From contig JBBIOR010000011.1 of NCBI GenBank assembly GCA_037443265.1, positions 1 through 60,182 of the forward strand: a stretch of 60,182 nt of DNA, given 5' to 3'. The translations under genes and the position numbers were made by a program. Every line of letters starts with the position of its first letter. Position 1 is the first letter of the stretch. The stretch comes from Candidatus Fraserbacteria bacterium. Lineage in GTDB: Bacteria > Bipolaricaulota > Bipolaricaulia > RBG-16-55-9. The notes under the pieces are model-generated. The model searched no databases. It saw nothing but the letters and a program-made list of their open reading frames with translations, and was not told the DNA's origin. Positions 1-8,878 of this stretch are shown here, one piece after another.

Positions 1-831
1 GCCGCTCAGCCGGGAGATACCGTTAAAGTACGTGAGGGCCTCTACAAAGAGAATCTCCGCATCAGCAAGAAGATCACGCTTCAAGGGGAAGGTGCTGATC
101 GCGTCCGCATCGAGCCTAGTGACCCCGAAAGCCCCACTCTGAGCATCGAATCTCTAGCCACAAAACAAGGAAAGTTCGAGGTGCTCGTTCAAGGAGTGGT
201 CATCCGCGGATTCACCATCCAGCCCGGCAAAGTGGCCGTGCTCATCGGGAACGCCGGGGCAACTCTTGAGGATAATCGCATCGTAGGAGAGGGAGATGGC
301 ATCTGGGCCTTCGTGTTCCTCTCGGATCTCCCCATCACGATCCTGGAAAACGAGATCGAGGGAGCCCCAAGTGGCCTCCTCAGCCACGCAGGAATTCGCG
401 TAGGTGGAGGCGCCATTCCCGTCTTGATCTCAAACAACCGGATCGTCCGCAAGGCCGTAGGAATCAGCGTCGGAGGCTTCGTAGGCATGAAGGCAGAGCT
501 TCGCCAGAACACGATCCATCTCAGCGGCACCGGGATCTCCATTAGCGGCCTCGGCGGCCACGTCCTGATTGAAGAGAACCGCCTCCTCTCAAATCGCGGA
601 ACGGGTCTTCTTCTAATGCAGGGGCCTCAAGTCGAGATAAAGCGCAACTTTGTCTCTGGCAGCCTACTGTGGGGTCTGGCCCTCTGGCAGCGCCCGTGCT
701 TTGACACGCAGCCCCAGTTCCAGTTCGAAGGAACCGTTCATGGCTCAGAAAACCAGTTCCAGCAGAATCATCAGGATCTCTGCCCCGCAGACTATCCTTG
801 GCCCGCCGGCTTCCTCCAGCAAGAGCCTTGA
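1..831 (+). CDS. Right-handed parallel beta-helix (pectin lyase-like/NosD-like) repeat protein, 5'-partial
   Basis: Frame 1 is open from base 1 (AAQPGDTVKVREGLYKENLRISKKITLQGEG, a typical beta-helix cap), followed by repeated I.[EN]N.I...GI.. coils. Stop TGA at 829-831. Confidence 0.85.
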   Translation, partial: AAQPGDTVKVREGLYKENLRISKKITLQGEGADRVRIEPSDPESPTLSIESLATKQGKFEVLVQGVVIRGFTIQPGKVAVLIGNAGATLEDNRIVGEGDGIWAFVFLSDLPITILENEIEGAPSGLLSHAGIRVGGGAIPVLISNNRIVRKAVGISVGGFVGMKAELRQNTIHLSGTGISISGLGGHVLIEENRLLSNRGTGLLLMQGPQVEIKRNFVSGSLLWGLALWQRPCFDTQPQFQFEGTVHGSENQFQQNHQDLCPADYPWPAGFLQQEP

Positions 832-857
832 CGATTCTCTGATTCAGACAATATACT
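828..857 (+). promoter_or_regulatory. sigma70-type promoter for phhB
   Basis: TTGACG(828-833)-18nt-TATACT(852-857). Confidence 0.6.
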
Positions 858-892
858 GAAGAAAGCCAGCGGAAGCGTCTGGGGGCGAGAGC

Positions 893-1225
893 ATGACGAG
901 CGACTTGGCAGAGAAAGCATGTGTCCCCTGCAAGGGAGGAGTGCCTCCTCTTAAGGGCGAAGAGCTGAAAGCGCTCTGGGCAAAGCTCGATAGCAGCTGG
1001 CAGGTCATCGAGGAGCATCATCTGGAGAAGGCATTCAAATTCAAAAATTTTCGACAGGCGCTGGATTTTGTGGTCAAAGTGGGAGAGCTGGCCGAAGAGC
1101 AGGGCCACCATCCCGATATTTATTTGAGCTGGGGAAAAGTTAAGATCACCATCTGGACCCACAAGATCGATGGCCTCACCGAGAGCGACTTCATCCTCGC
1201 TGCCAAGATCGATAGATTATTCTAA
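893..1225 (+). CDS. phhB: Pterin-4-alpha-carbinolamine dehydratase
   Basis: CxPCxGGxPPL N-terminus, EEQGHHPDI and WTHKIDGLTESDFILAAKID motifs. Confidence 0.93.
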   Translation: MTSDLAEKACVPCKGGVPPLKGEELKALWAKLDSSWQVIEEHHLEKAFKFKNFRQALDFVVKVGELAEEQGHHPDIYLSWGKVKITIWTHKIDGLTESDFILAAKIDRLF

Positions 1226-1827
1226 AGCGCGCTCCGGAAAAGCCTGAGCCAGCGTTTGACGCGCCAGCAGAATCCCAAGCAGCACCAGAGCCCCTCCCGC
1301 CGCTTGCATCCCCCCAGAGGCTCGCGGAGCAGAACCCAGGCCAGAAGAGCGGCCATCACGGGCTGCAACAGTAAAGCCACAGACGTAAACGAGGCCGGAA
1401 GATACGCCAGGGCATACGCGATGAGCCCCTGCCCGCCAGTGTGCGAGATCCAGGCCAGCCCTACCAGCACTGCCCAGCCGTCCAGGGTCTCTGCGATGAG
1501 ACTCTCCCGGAAGAGGAGCGCCATGAAAAACAGAGCGATGCACGTGACGAGTCCGCTGCCGGCCATGACGCGGGCCGTGGTCAAAGAAGCCCTCAGTCTC
1601 TTGATGCACAGGATGTACCCGGCATAGAACCCAGCAGTCAGCAATCCCAAGCCATCCCCCAGCACGTGCTGCGGACTCAGCCGAAAGCTGGCACTGATGA
1701 CCAACGTGGCTCCCCCAAGCGCCAGCACCAATCCCGTAATGAAGCGTATGCTCACGAAGATGGGCGCGAAGGCGATGCCAACAGCCCCAAGCAGCAGGGC
1801 CAACAGGGCCGATCTTGATGGAGGCAT
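1217..1827 (-). pseudogene. EamA/DMT family transporter, frameshifted and apparently internally deleted
   Basis: DMT motifs (GQGLIAYALAYLPA, LQPVMAALLAWVLLRE). The last TM helix (MQAAGGALVLLGILLA) lies in another frame after a G6 run at 1310-1315. Even repaired it is only about 203 aa. Confidence 0.7.
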
Positions 1828-1870
1828 GTTTAGAGCCTGGCAGAGTCTAGCTGCCGCGAACGTCTTCAGC

Positions 1871-1916
1871 AAGTGTGATCTGCATCCTAGTCACAGCGGC
1901 CAGAATTCACTATGTT
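1871..1916 (+). promoter_or_regulatory. Putative CRP-family site and -10 box (class II geometry)
   Basis: aagTGTGAtctgcaTCctAgtc (1871-1892), centred 41.5 nt upstream of the +1 inferred from TATGTT (1911-1916). Confidence 0.45.
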
Positions 1917-1948
1917 GAGATCAAGTCTCGGCAGAGGGGGTGAAGTAG

Positions 1949-2020
1949 GTGAAAGGGAAGGCCAAGAAGAAAAGCCCGAAGAAGGCCGCCAAGAAGAGCT
2001 CGAAGAAGGGGAAGAAGTAG
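1949..2020 (+). CDS. 23-aa Lys-rich micropeptide MKGKAKKKSPKKAAKKSSKKGKK (histone H1-tail-like)
   Basis: SD-like GAGGGGGTG (1934-1942), GTG start, TAG stop, 13 of 23 residues Lys, followed by a terminator. Too short for the ORF track. Confidence 0.7.
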   Translation: MKGKAKKKSPKKAAKKSSKKGKK

Positions 2021-2042
2021 CTCTGCCGCAGCCAGCTGGTGT

Positions 2043-2085
2043 TGCGAAAGGCCACCACGGATAGACGGTGGCCTTTCGCATTTCT
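2043..2085 (+). terminator. Intrinsic terminator after the micropeptide
   Basis: Perfect 14-bp stem TGCGAAAGGCCACC/GGTGGCCTTTCGCA, 10-nt loop, then TTTCT. Confidence 0.75.
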
Positions 2086-2145
2086 CACGGCGCAAAGACG
2101 ACTGTCCTTGGCTCTGCCCATCGCTGGCGATAGCCTCCCTCCGCC

Positions 2146-3459
2146 TTGAATAGCTTTCACCCATTTGCGGGAAGGCGCGTCACCGTCTTAGGGGCCGGCA
2201 AGACCGGCCGAGCCGTCGCGCGCTTCCTCGCCCCGCAGAAGGCCCATGTCTTTGTGAGTGATCGGGCAGAGCTTCCCCCTCTGCTGAAAGAGGAGTTTTC
2301 CAAGCTGGGCATCGAGTACGAGCAAGGTGGCCACAGTGAGCGCGCTCTTCAAGCAGATCTGATCATCCCCTCTCCGGGTGTCCCGGCCTCTTCTCCCGCG
2401 CTTGTTGAGGCCCACAGGCGAGGCATTCCCATTTGGGGCGAGCTGGAGCTGGCCTATCGCCTCTGTCCCAGCGAGAAGATCATCGCCGTCACAGGCACTG
2501 TCGGCAAGACGACCACCACCCATCTCATAGCAGAGCTCCTCAAAGCGCGCGGTTATCCCGTGGTAGTCGCAGGCAACATCGGAGAGCCCTTCATCTCTCA
2601 ACTGCCAAAGATCCGCACTAAAACCATCGTCGTCTTGGAAGTGAGCAGCTATCAACTAGAGCAGGTCGAGCTCTTTCGGCCCCATATCGGAGTCTTCACG
2701 CGTTTTGCGCCGCATCACTTAGATCGTCATGGCAGCCTTGAGAGATATTTCTCAACCAAGTGCCGGCTGTTCGCCCAGCAAAGCGAAAGTGATTTCGCCG
2801 TGGTACATCGTGACATTGAGCTTCCCCGCTGGGTGCAAGCCCGGGTCTTCCGGTTCTCCGCTGACGAGTTGCAAGAGTTGGAGTTGCCCACTCATCAGCG
2901 AGAGAATCTGGCCGCCGCCCTGCGAGCCGCTTGCTGGATCGATGCTCAAATCACCCTAAAGCATCTGGATTTGAAAAGAGCGCTCCAGCTTCCCCATCGC
3001 CTGGAGTTCGTAGCTGAGATGGATGGGGTGCGCTTCTACAACGACTCAAAGGCCACCAGCACGGCTGCGACACTGGCTGCTATCTCCTCCTTTAAGGAGC
3101 CACTCGTGCTCATTCTGGGCGGCTACGATGATGGGGAAGATCTCTCGAGGCTGGCGCAGGCCATTGGACACAGCGATGTCCGGGCCGTCTTCCTCTGGGG
3201 CCAGACCCAGGAGCGCTTCTCTAAAGTGTTCAGGGCCCTAGGCTACCCGCGCTTCCAGATCGTACAAAGCGTGCACGAGGCCATTGAAAAGGCTCTGCGG
3301 CTTAGACCAAAGATCTGTCTGTTCTCGCCGGCTGCGCCCAGCTTCGATCGCTTCAAAGACTACGAGGAGCGCGGCCAATATTTCAAACATGTCGTGCGTT
3401 CCTATCTTCCCAAGACAGCCATCACCCCCTCAAGTGATCAACTGGCACAGGCGCCTTAG
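2146..3459 (+). CDS. murD: UDP-MurNAc-L-Ala:D-Glu ligase
   Basis: GAGKTG, SPGVP, VTGTVGKTTT, LEVSSYQL, YNDSKAT and SPAAPSFD motifs. Confidence 0.95.
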   Translation: MNSFHPFAGRRVTVLGAGKTGRAVARFLAPQKAHVFVSDRAELPPLLKEEFSKLGIEYEQGGHSERALQADLIIPSPGVPASSPALVEAHRRGIPIWGELELAYRLCPSEKIIAVTGTVGKTTTTHLIAELLKARGYPVVVAGNIGEPFISQLPKIRTKTIVVLEVSSYQLEQVELFRPHIGVFTRFAPHHLDRHGSLERYFSTKCRLFAQQSESDFAVVHRDIELPRWVQARVFRFSADELQELELPTHQRENLAAALRAACWIDAQITLKHLDLKRALQLPHRLEFVAEMDGVRFYNDSKATSTAATLAAISSFKEPLVLILGGYDDGEDLSRLAQAIGHSDVRAVFLWGQTQERFSKVFRALGYPRFQIVQSVHEAIEKALRLRPKICLFSPAAPSFDRFKDYEERGQYFKHVVRSYLPKTAITPSSDQLAQAP

Positions 3460-3557
3460 CAGGGGTCCTTCGGATCGAAGCTTCCGCGCAGTATAAAACT
3501 TCCGCACGCACTGCCTTCATGCTCTGCGAAGCCGCCGACCACATGGGAGGTGTTATC

Positions 3558-4811
3558 TTGAGGGGGCTGCAGCCTTGGCTCGAGCACGAAAGACGCATCC
3601 GCCCGCCGAAGAGCCCGGATTTCCCGCTGCTGCTTGCCGTGACGGCCCTTACGCTCTTCGGGCTGGTGATGGTCGCCTCGGCCAGCGCTCCCCTCTCCTA
3701 CGAGAGCTACCAGCGCCCAGAATATCTCTTCCTCAAGCAACTCATCTCAGCTGCGATTGGATTCATTCTGCTCTTTTTGCTGATGAAGCTCGACTATCGA
3801 AGACTCTTTGAGTGCGATGGGATTCTCCTGCTTGCCGCCATGGGGTTAACTCTGCTCACGTTTGTGCCTGCCCTGGCGCCGGATGGCCTCTGGCTGCGCT
3901 TGGGGCCGATCTCGTTCCAGCCCACAGAGCTTATGAAGCTGGCTGTTATCGTCTATATGGCTGCGGCGGTGATTCGCAAAGCAGAGGCCAGCGACCTGGA
4001 AGACTTTGCGAGGGGTGTCCTGCCCTTCTGGGCGCTCTTGGGACTTTTGGCCCTCATGGCGCTGGCGCAACCGGACTTTGCGCTGGTCGTGCTCTTGGGA
4101 GCGCTGGGGGCATTCCTGCTGCTCATGGCAGGTGCAAGGCTCATCCATGTCGCTCTTCCGATGCTGGCCGCGCTCCCGCTGCTGGCCGGGCTGCTGTGGC
4201 TTGCGCCGTATCGTCGGGCGCGGCTGTTCGCGTTTCTCGACCCCTTCGCCGATCCCAGCGGGTCCGGCTATCACTTGCTGCAGTCGCTTACGGCGCTGGG
4301 GTCAGGAGGGCTATTGGGGCGCGGGCTTGGGGCTGGACGCGAGAAGTGGCTCTATCTGCCTTCAGCTTATAACGATTTCATTCTCTCTGTGGTGGGCGAA
4401 GAGCTGGGGCTGGTGGGCGTGCTCTTTGTGCTTGGACTCTTCCTCTTTGTGGCCTGGCGGGGGTTTCAGATTGCCCTCGGTGCGCCCGATCGCTTCGGGT
4501 TTCTGCTCGCCTCCGGGATTACGTTTCTCATCACGTTCCAAGCGGCGATTCACTTCGGCGTGGTGGTCGGAGCGCTCCCCGTCACCGGGCTCACGCTGCC
4601 CTTTGTCAGCTATGGCGGCTCTTCTTTGATGATCTCTTTGGCGATGATGGGAATCTTGCTGAACATCTCACGACATGCGTCCACATCCGTCGCTGCGCTA
4701 CGGCGGGAAGGAGGCGCACTTGAAGGTGTTGGTCGCGGGCGGGGGCACCGGAGGCCATCTCTACCCCGCCTTGGCCTTCATCGAGGGGCTCCGTCGCCGG
4801 TATGGCGATGA
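3558..4811 (+). CDS. ftsW: SEDS peptidoglycan glycosyltransferase FtsW
   Basis: FQPTELMK, AQPDF, GEELG and TGLTLPFVSYGGSSL motifs, between murD and murG. TTG start after GGAGGTG. Confidence 0.93.
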   Translation: MRGLQPWLEHERRIRPPKSPDFPLLLAVTALTLFGLVMVASASAPLSYESYQRPEYLFLKQLISAAIGFILLFLLMKLDYRRLFECDGILLLAAMGLTLLTFVPALAPDGLWLRLGPISFQPTELMKLAVIVYMAAAVIRKAEASDLEDFARGVLPFWALLGLLALMALAQPDFALVVLLGALGAFLLLMAGARLIHVALPMLAALPLLAGLLWLAPYRRARLFAFLDPFADPSGSGYHLLQSLTALGSGGLLGRGLGAGREKWLYLPSAYNDFILSVVGEELGLVGVLFVLGLFLFVAWRGFQIALGAPDRFGFLLASGITFLITFQAAIHFGVVVGALPVTGLTLPFVSYGGSSLMISLAMMGILLNISRHASTSVAALRREGGALEGVGRGRGHRRPSLPRLGLHRGAPSPVWR

Positions 4812-5925
4812 GGTCCAGATCGCTTACGTCGGCACCCGGCGAGGCTTGGAAGCGCGCGTGCTCGATCAGGGAGCGGGCGTGCAGTTCTTTACGATCCAAG
4901 CCCGAGGCCTCGAACGGCACCTTACGGGCCGAGCCGCTGTGGCTCTGGGACAGAACGGGCTCGGCTTGGCCCAGACGCTGCACATCCTCAAGAGATTCCG
5001 CCCCCAGCTGATCTTCGGGACGGGGGGATATGGCTGCTTTGCACCGCTCTTTTGGGGCTCACTGCTGCGCATCCCCACGGTGATCCATGAGCAGAACGTC
5101 CTGCCCGGTCTGGTCAATCGACTCATGGCTCCTCGGGTAGATTGCGTTCTGTTGTCGTATCCTGATACGGCCCGCTATGTGCGCGCCAAGCGCTGGGTCG
5201 TCACCGGAGTGCCCCTCCGCCCCTCGATCCTTGAGGCCCGAACGCAGCTTGATCCGCAGGGCGCGAAACGTCTATTCCATCTAGATCCCGTTCGGCCTCT
5301 GGTGCTGGTGATGGGGGGCTCTCATGGCGCGCGAGCCCTTCACGAGCCGCTTCTGCCCGGAATCGCTCGTCTGCAGCGAGAAGGGATTCAACTCGTCCTC
5401 CTTGCGGGGGGGGACGCCACACGCCTCCGCGCGCAGCTTTCAAAGGAGGGCGTCATCGTGCTCGAGCACACACCTGAGATCGGTGTCTTGCTGAAAGCGG
5501 CCGATCTGGTGATCTCGCGGGCCGGCGGCGCGACGCTGGCGGAACTGACGGCTTTGGGGAAGCCGGCCATCGTCGTCCCCTGGCCTGGAGCGGTCGGCGG
5601 ACATCAAGAGAAGAACGCCCGCTGGCTGGCTGAGCGCGGCGCTTGTCTCCTCCTCCTGGAAGACCAGCTCCAACAGAAAGAGCTCGTAGATGAGATTCTC
5701 AGACTGCTTCGAGATCCGTCGCAGCTTTTCGCTATGGCCCAAGCCAGCGCTCGGCTCGGCCGAATCGACGCACTCGATCATGTGATCAGGGAGGTTGAGC
5801 CTTATCTTCACCATGGAACATCGTCACGAGTCTTATCATTTCATCGGCATCGGCGGGGATGGCATGAGCGCCTTGGCCTGGGTGCTCCACGAGCAAGGCC
5901 ATCCCATAAGCGGCTCGGATCTTAG
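4720..5925 (+). CDS. murG: Lipid II GlcNAc transferase
   Basis: GGGTGGHLYPA, GTGGY, HEQN, GGSHGA and SRAGGAT motifs. TTG start after GGAGG. Confidence 0.95.
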   Translation: MKVLVAGGGTGGHLYPALAFIEGLRRRYGDEVQIAYVGTRRGLEARVLDQGAGVQFFTIQARGLERHLTGRAAVALGQNGLGLAQTLHILKRFRPQLIFGTGGYGCFAPLFWGSLLRIPTVIHEQNVLPGLVNRLMAPRVDCVLLSYPDTARYVRAKRWVVTGVPLRPSILEARTQLDPQGAKRLFHLDPVRPLVLVMGGSHGARALHEPLLPGIARLQREGIQLVLLAGGDATRLRAQLSKEGVIVLEHTPEIGVLLKAADLVISRAGGATLAELTALGKPAIVVPWPGAVGGHQEKNARWLAERGACLLLLEDQLQQKELVDEILRLLRDPSQLFAMAQASARLGRIDALDHVIREVEPYLHHGTSSRVLSFHRHRRGWHERLGLGAPRARPSHKRLGS

Positions 5926-7168
5926 GGATACTCCTCGAACTCGGCAGCTTAGAGAGGCAGGCATCCCCGTGCATTGTGGCCACGATCCCAGCCACCTGCG
6001 CGCGCCCGAAGCCGTCGTCTATTCCTCGGCAGTGGGGCCTTTTAACGTCGAGATCCAAGCGGCCAGGAGTGCCCAATGCCCGATCCTCCACCGCCAAGAG
6101 GTGCTAGCCCAGCTCATCCAGGCCCATCGCTCCATCGGCGTGGCGGGCACCCACGGCAAGACCACCACGAGCGCCATGATCGCTGCCCTGCTCTCGTCCA
6201 GCGGGCTCGACCCGACGTTTCTTGTGGGAGCCCCATCGGCCAGCCTCGGTGGAAGACATGCCCGCCTCGGCCAGAGCTCTTGGCTGGTCACGGAAGTAGA
6301 CGAGAGTGACGGGTATTTCGCGCAGCTTAGCGCGGAGCTGGCCGTGGTGACCAACGTGGGCTGTGATCATCTCAGCCACTACGGAAGCCAGCAGGCGCTG
6401 CTCTTAGGCTTCGCCCGGTTCATCTCCCATAGCCGGCGGGTCATCCTCTCAGCCAACGATGTGCACACACAGAGGCTCAAAGCCTACGCGCGGGAAGTCT
6501 TCACATTTGGGATCGACTGTCCAGCGGATCTTGTGGCTTCTAAGATCGAGCAGCATCGCATGAGCACGCGGGCGGCTCTCCTGTTCCGAGGAGAGCGCTT
6601 AGGGGAACTGGAGCTCGCGCAGGCGCCCGGCCGCCACAACGTGAGCAACGCTTTGGCCGCCCTTTTGGCCGGGCATCTACTGGGTTTGGAATTCAAAGAG
6701 ATGCTTTCCATCTTGAAAGAATTTCGCCTGCCGGAGAGGCGCTTTCAGATCCTCGAAGAGAACGGCGTGGTGATCGTGGACGATTATGCGCATCTTCCAG
6801 AGCAGATCCAGGCGAATCTTGAGGCCGTGCGCGCCGGCTGGAAGCCCAAGCGCCTGATTGCCGTCTTCCAGCCGCATCGCTACACGCGTCTGAGCTATAT
6901 GAGCCAGGAGTTTGCCCAAGCGCTCAGAGGGGCCGATCTCGTCCTCGTGACGGAGATCTATCCCGCCTTTGAGTCCCCCATTGCCGGGGTCGACGCGCGC
7001 AGGGTGGCGCAGATCCTAGGCGAGGGGAGAGGGTGCAGCTATGCCCGCACCCCAGAGGAAGTTCATGCCTTCCTAAGCGAGCAAATCTCTCCGGGTGACT
7101 TCATCATCGGCTTCGGAGCCGGGGATCTCTGGCAGGTCCTCCATCGACTGGCCCAGCAAGAAGCGTGA
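5813..7168 (+). CDS. murC: UDP-MurNAc:L-Ala ligase
   Basis: HFIGIGGDGMS, AGTHGKTTTS, EVDESDG, DDYAH and FQPHRYTR motifs. Confidence 0.96.
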   Translation: MEHRHESYHFIGIGGDGMSALAWVLHEQGHPISGSDLRDTPRTRQLREAGIPVHCGHDPSHLRAPEAVVYSSAVGPFNVEIQAARSAQCPILHRQEVLAQLIQAHRSIGVAGTHGKTTTSAMIAALLSSSGLDPTFLVGAPSASLGGRHARLGQSSWLVTEVDESDGYFAQLSAELAVVTNVGCDHLSHYGSQQALLLGFARFISHSRRVILSANDVHTQRLKAYAREVFTFGIDCPADLVASKIEQHRMSTRAALLFRGERLGELELAQAPGRHNVSNALAALLAGHLLGLEFKEMLSILKEFRLPERRFQILEENGVVIVDDYAHLPEQIQANLEAVRAGWKPKRLIAVFQPHRYTRLSYMSQEFAQALRGADLVLVTEIYPAFESPIAGVDARRVAQILGEGRGCSYARTPEEVHAFLSEQISPGDFIIGFGAGDLWQVLHRLAQQEA

Positions 7169-7175
7169 TCCCGCG

Positions 7176-8108
7176 ATGACAGCCTCTGTCTTAGCTGTTC
7201 GTGAGAAGACGCGGCCCACCCCGACGAGAATCTGTGAGCCAAGGCTCATTCGTCGAGATGAGCTGCTACGCCCCTATACGTCCTTGGGGATCGGCGGCCC
7301 GGCCGATTTCTTCGCCAGCCCAGGCACGATCTGCGAGATCGAAAGACTCATAGCGTTTGCCCGCCAGAGAGAGCTGCCCTGGATGGTGCTCGGCAACGGG
7401 ACCAATGTTCTCTTTCCGGATGAGGGCTACCGCGGATTGATTATCCATCTCGGGCGAGCCTTCAGCGCCCAGCACATCGAAGGGGATCGACTCTATGTGC
7501 AGGCGGGGGCGGGGCTGGGAGCGACCATGGGCTATGTGCGCGCCCAGGGCTTCTTCGACTTTGATGGGCTGGTGGGCATTCCCGGCACGATCGGCGGGGC
7601 GCTCGCCATGAACGCGGGCATCCCCGAGACGACGATTTCAGAGTACGTCCTCTCTTTGAGCGTCCTAACGGATGAGGGGGATCTGCTGGTTCTCAGCCGC
7701 GAAGAGTGCGGGTTCGGCTATCGCACCAGTGTCTTTCGAGAGCGTCCTTGGGTGATTCTTGAGGGGGAGTTTCAGCTGGGCAGCGAGCCTCGCTTTGATC
7801 CGGAGGAGTTGATGCGCAGGCGTCGCGAGCGCCAACCGCTTCGCCTTCCGAGCGCCGGCTGTGTCTTCAAAAATCCCGGAGGCCCTATGACGGCGGGGCA
7901 GCTCATCGAGCGGGCACAGCTTAAGGGTCTTAGAGTAGGTGGCGCGATGATCTCGCCACTCCATGGGAATTTCATCGTCAACTGTGGGGGTGCGACCTCG
8001 GCGGATATCCTCCGCCTTATTGACATGGCGCGCGAGAAGGTGTATAAAGAATTCGGAGTGGAGTTACGGCTGGAGCTGGTGGTGGCCTCCACCCAAAACC
8101 TCCGGTGA
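7176..8108 (+). CDS. murB: UDP-N-acetylenolpyruvoylglucosamine reductase
   Basis: IGGPA, LGNGTN, IPGTIGGALAMNAG, GYRTS, QP..PSAGCVFKNP and HGNFIVN motifs. Confidence 0.95.
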   Translation: MTASVLAVREKTRPTPTRICEPRLIRRDELLRPYTSLGIGGPADFFASPGTICEIERLIAFARQRELPWMVLGNGTNVLFPDEGYRGLIIHLGRAFSAQHIEGDRLYVQAGAGLGATMGYVRAQGFFDFDGLVGIPGTIGGALAMNAGIPETTISEYVLSLSVLTDEGDLLVLSREECGFGYRTSVFRERPWVILEGEFQLGSEPRFDPEELMRRRRERQPLRLPSAGCVFKNPGGPMTAGQLIERAQLKGLRVGGAMISPLHGNFIVNCGGATSADILRLIDMAREKVYKEFGVELRLELVVASTQNLR

Positions 8109-8797
8109 GAAGGGGATTTTTGATCTGCCTCGGAGGGCTTGCTCTCGTAGGGGCTGCTCTCCTGCGAGGGGGGCCTCTCATAATCGAGGAGATCACGGTC
8201 AAAGGTGGTGAGAGGATCGGCGCCTCGCAGATCCGAGCAGCCAGTGGCCTCACCCTAGGACAGCCGTGGACGACTTCCCTTAAGTGGCAAGCGGCCCTTG
8301 CGCTTAAGCGCTTGCCCGGCGTCCAAGATGTGCAGATCCTGCTTAAGAGGCGTCCCGGGGGGAAAGTTGGGGTGGACATCGTCCTAAGAGAACGCGAGCC
8401 CTACGGGCTCATTGCCCTCTCCGGCCGCGGCCTCTTCTGGGTGGATCGCGAGGGCTTTGTGCTGGGGAAACTGGAAGGGAAGCCCTATCTGCCGGTGGTG
8501 ACCGGAGTATCGACGATCTCAACGCCGGAGGGGGAGCGCCTCTCCTCCGAGCGAGCGCGCCGCCTCATTGAAGAATTTTTCGCGCTCGAGGGTGACTGGC
8601 TGAGCCGTGTGGCGGAACTGCGCGTGCGCGAGTACGACGTGGAGCTCCGAGCCACAGAGGGCTGGCGGGCGCTTCTGGCGCCCGGAGGACTTCGACCTCA
8701 ACTGGCGAAGCTCGATGTAATTCTTTCGACGTTAGAAGCGGTAAAGTGGCGCACCGTGGATCTCCGTTTTGAGGGGGAAGTGGTCCTAGGGCGATGA
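8105..8797 (+). CDS. ftsQ: Cell division protein FtsQ/DivIB (N-terminal TM helix plus POTRA domain)
   Basis: N-terminal TM helix, POTRA-like segment, EREP, VDREG and C-terminal VDLRF, between murB and ftsA. Confidence 0.85.
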   Translation: MRRGFLICLGGLALVGAALLRGGPLIIEEITVKGGERIGASQIRAASGLTLGQPWTTSLKWQAALALKRLPGVQDVQILLKRRPGGKVGVDIVLREREPYGLIALSGRGLFWVDREGFVLGKLEGKPYLPVVTGVSTISTPEGERLSSERARRLIEEFFALEGDWLSRVAELRVREYDVELRATEGWRALLAPGGLRPQLAKLDVILSTLEAVKWRTVDLRFEGEVVLGR

Positions 8798-8878
8798 GAT
8801 CACCACTTGACAAGTCGCGCTCATCTGATCCAATATGAAGCAAATCACCCACTAGCGGGCGGTGAGAGGGATGAGACG

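Noticed and set aside
1887..2164. Minus-strand 64-84 aa ORFs, one with a Phe/Leu-rich pseudo-TM segment
   Set aside because: They are the reverse complement of the AAG-rich micropeptide. The SD, promoter and terminator all support the plus strand.
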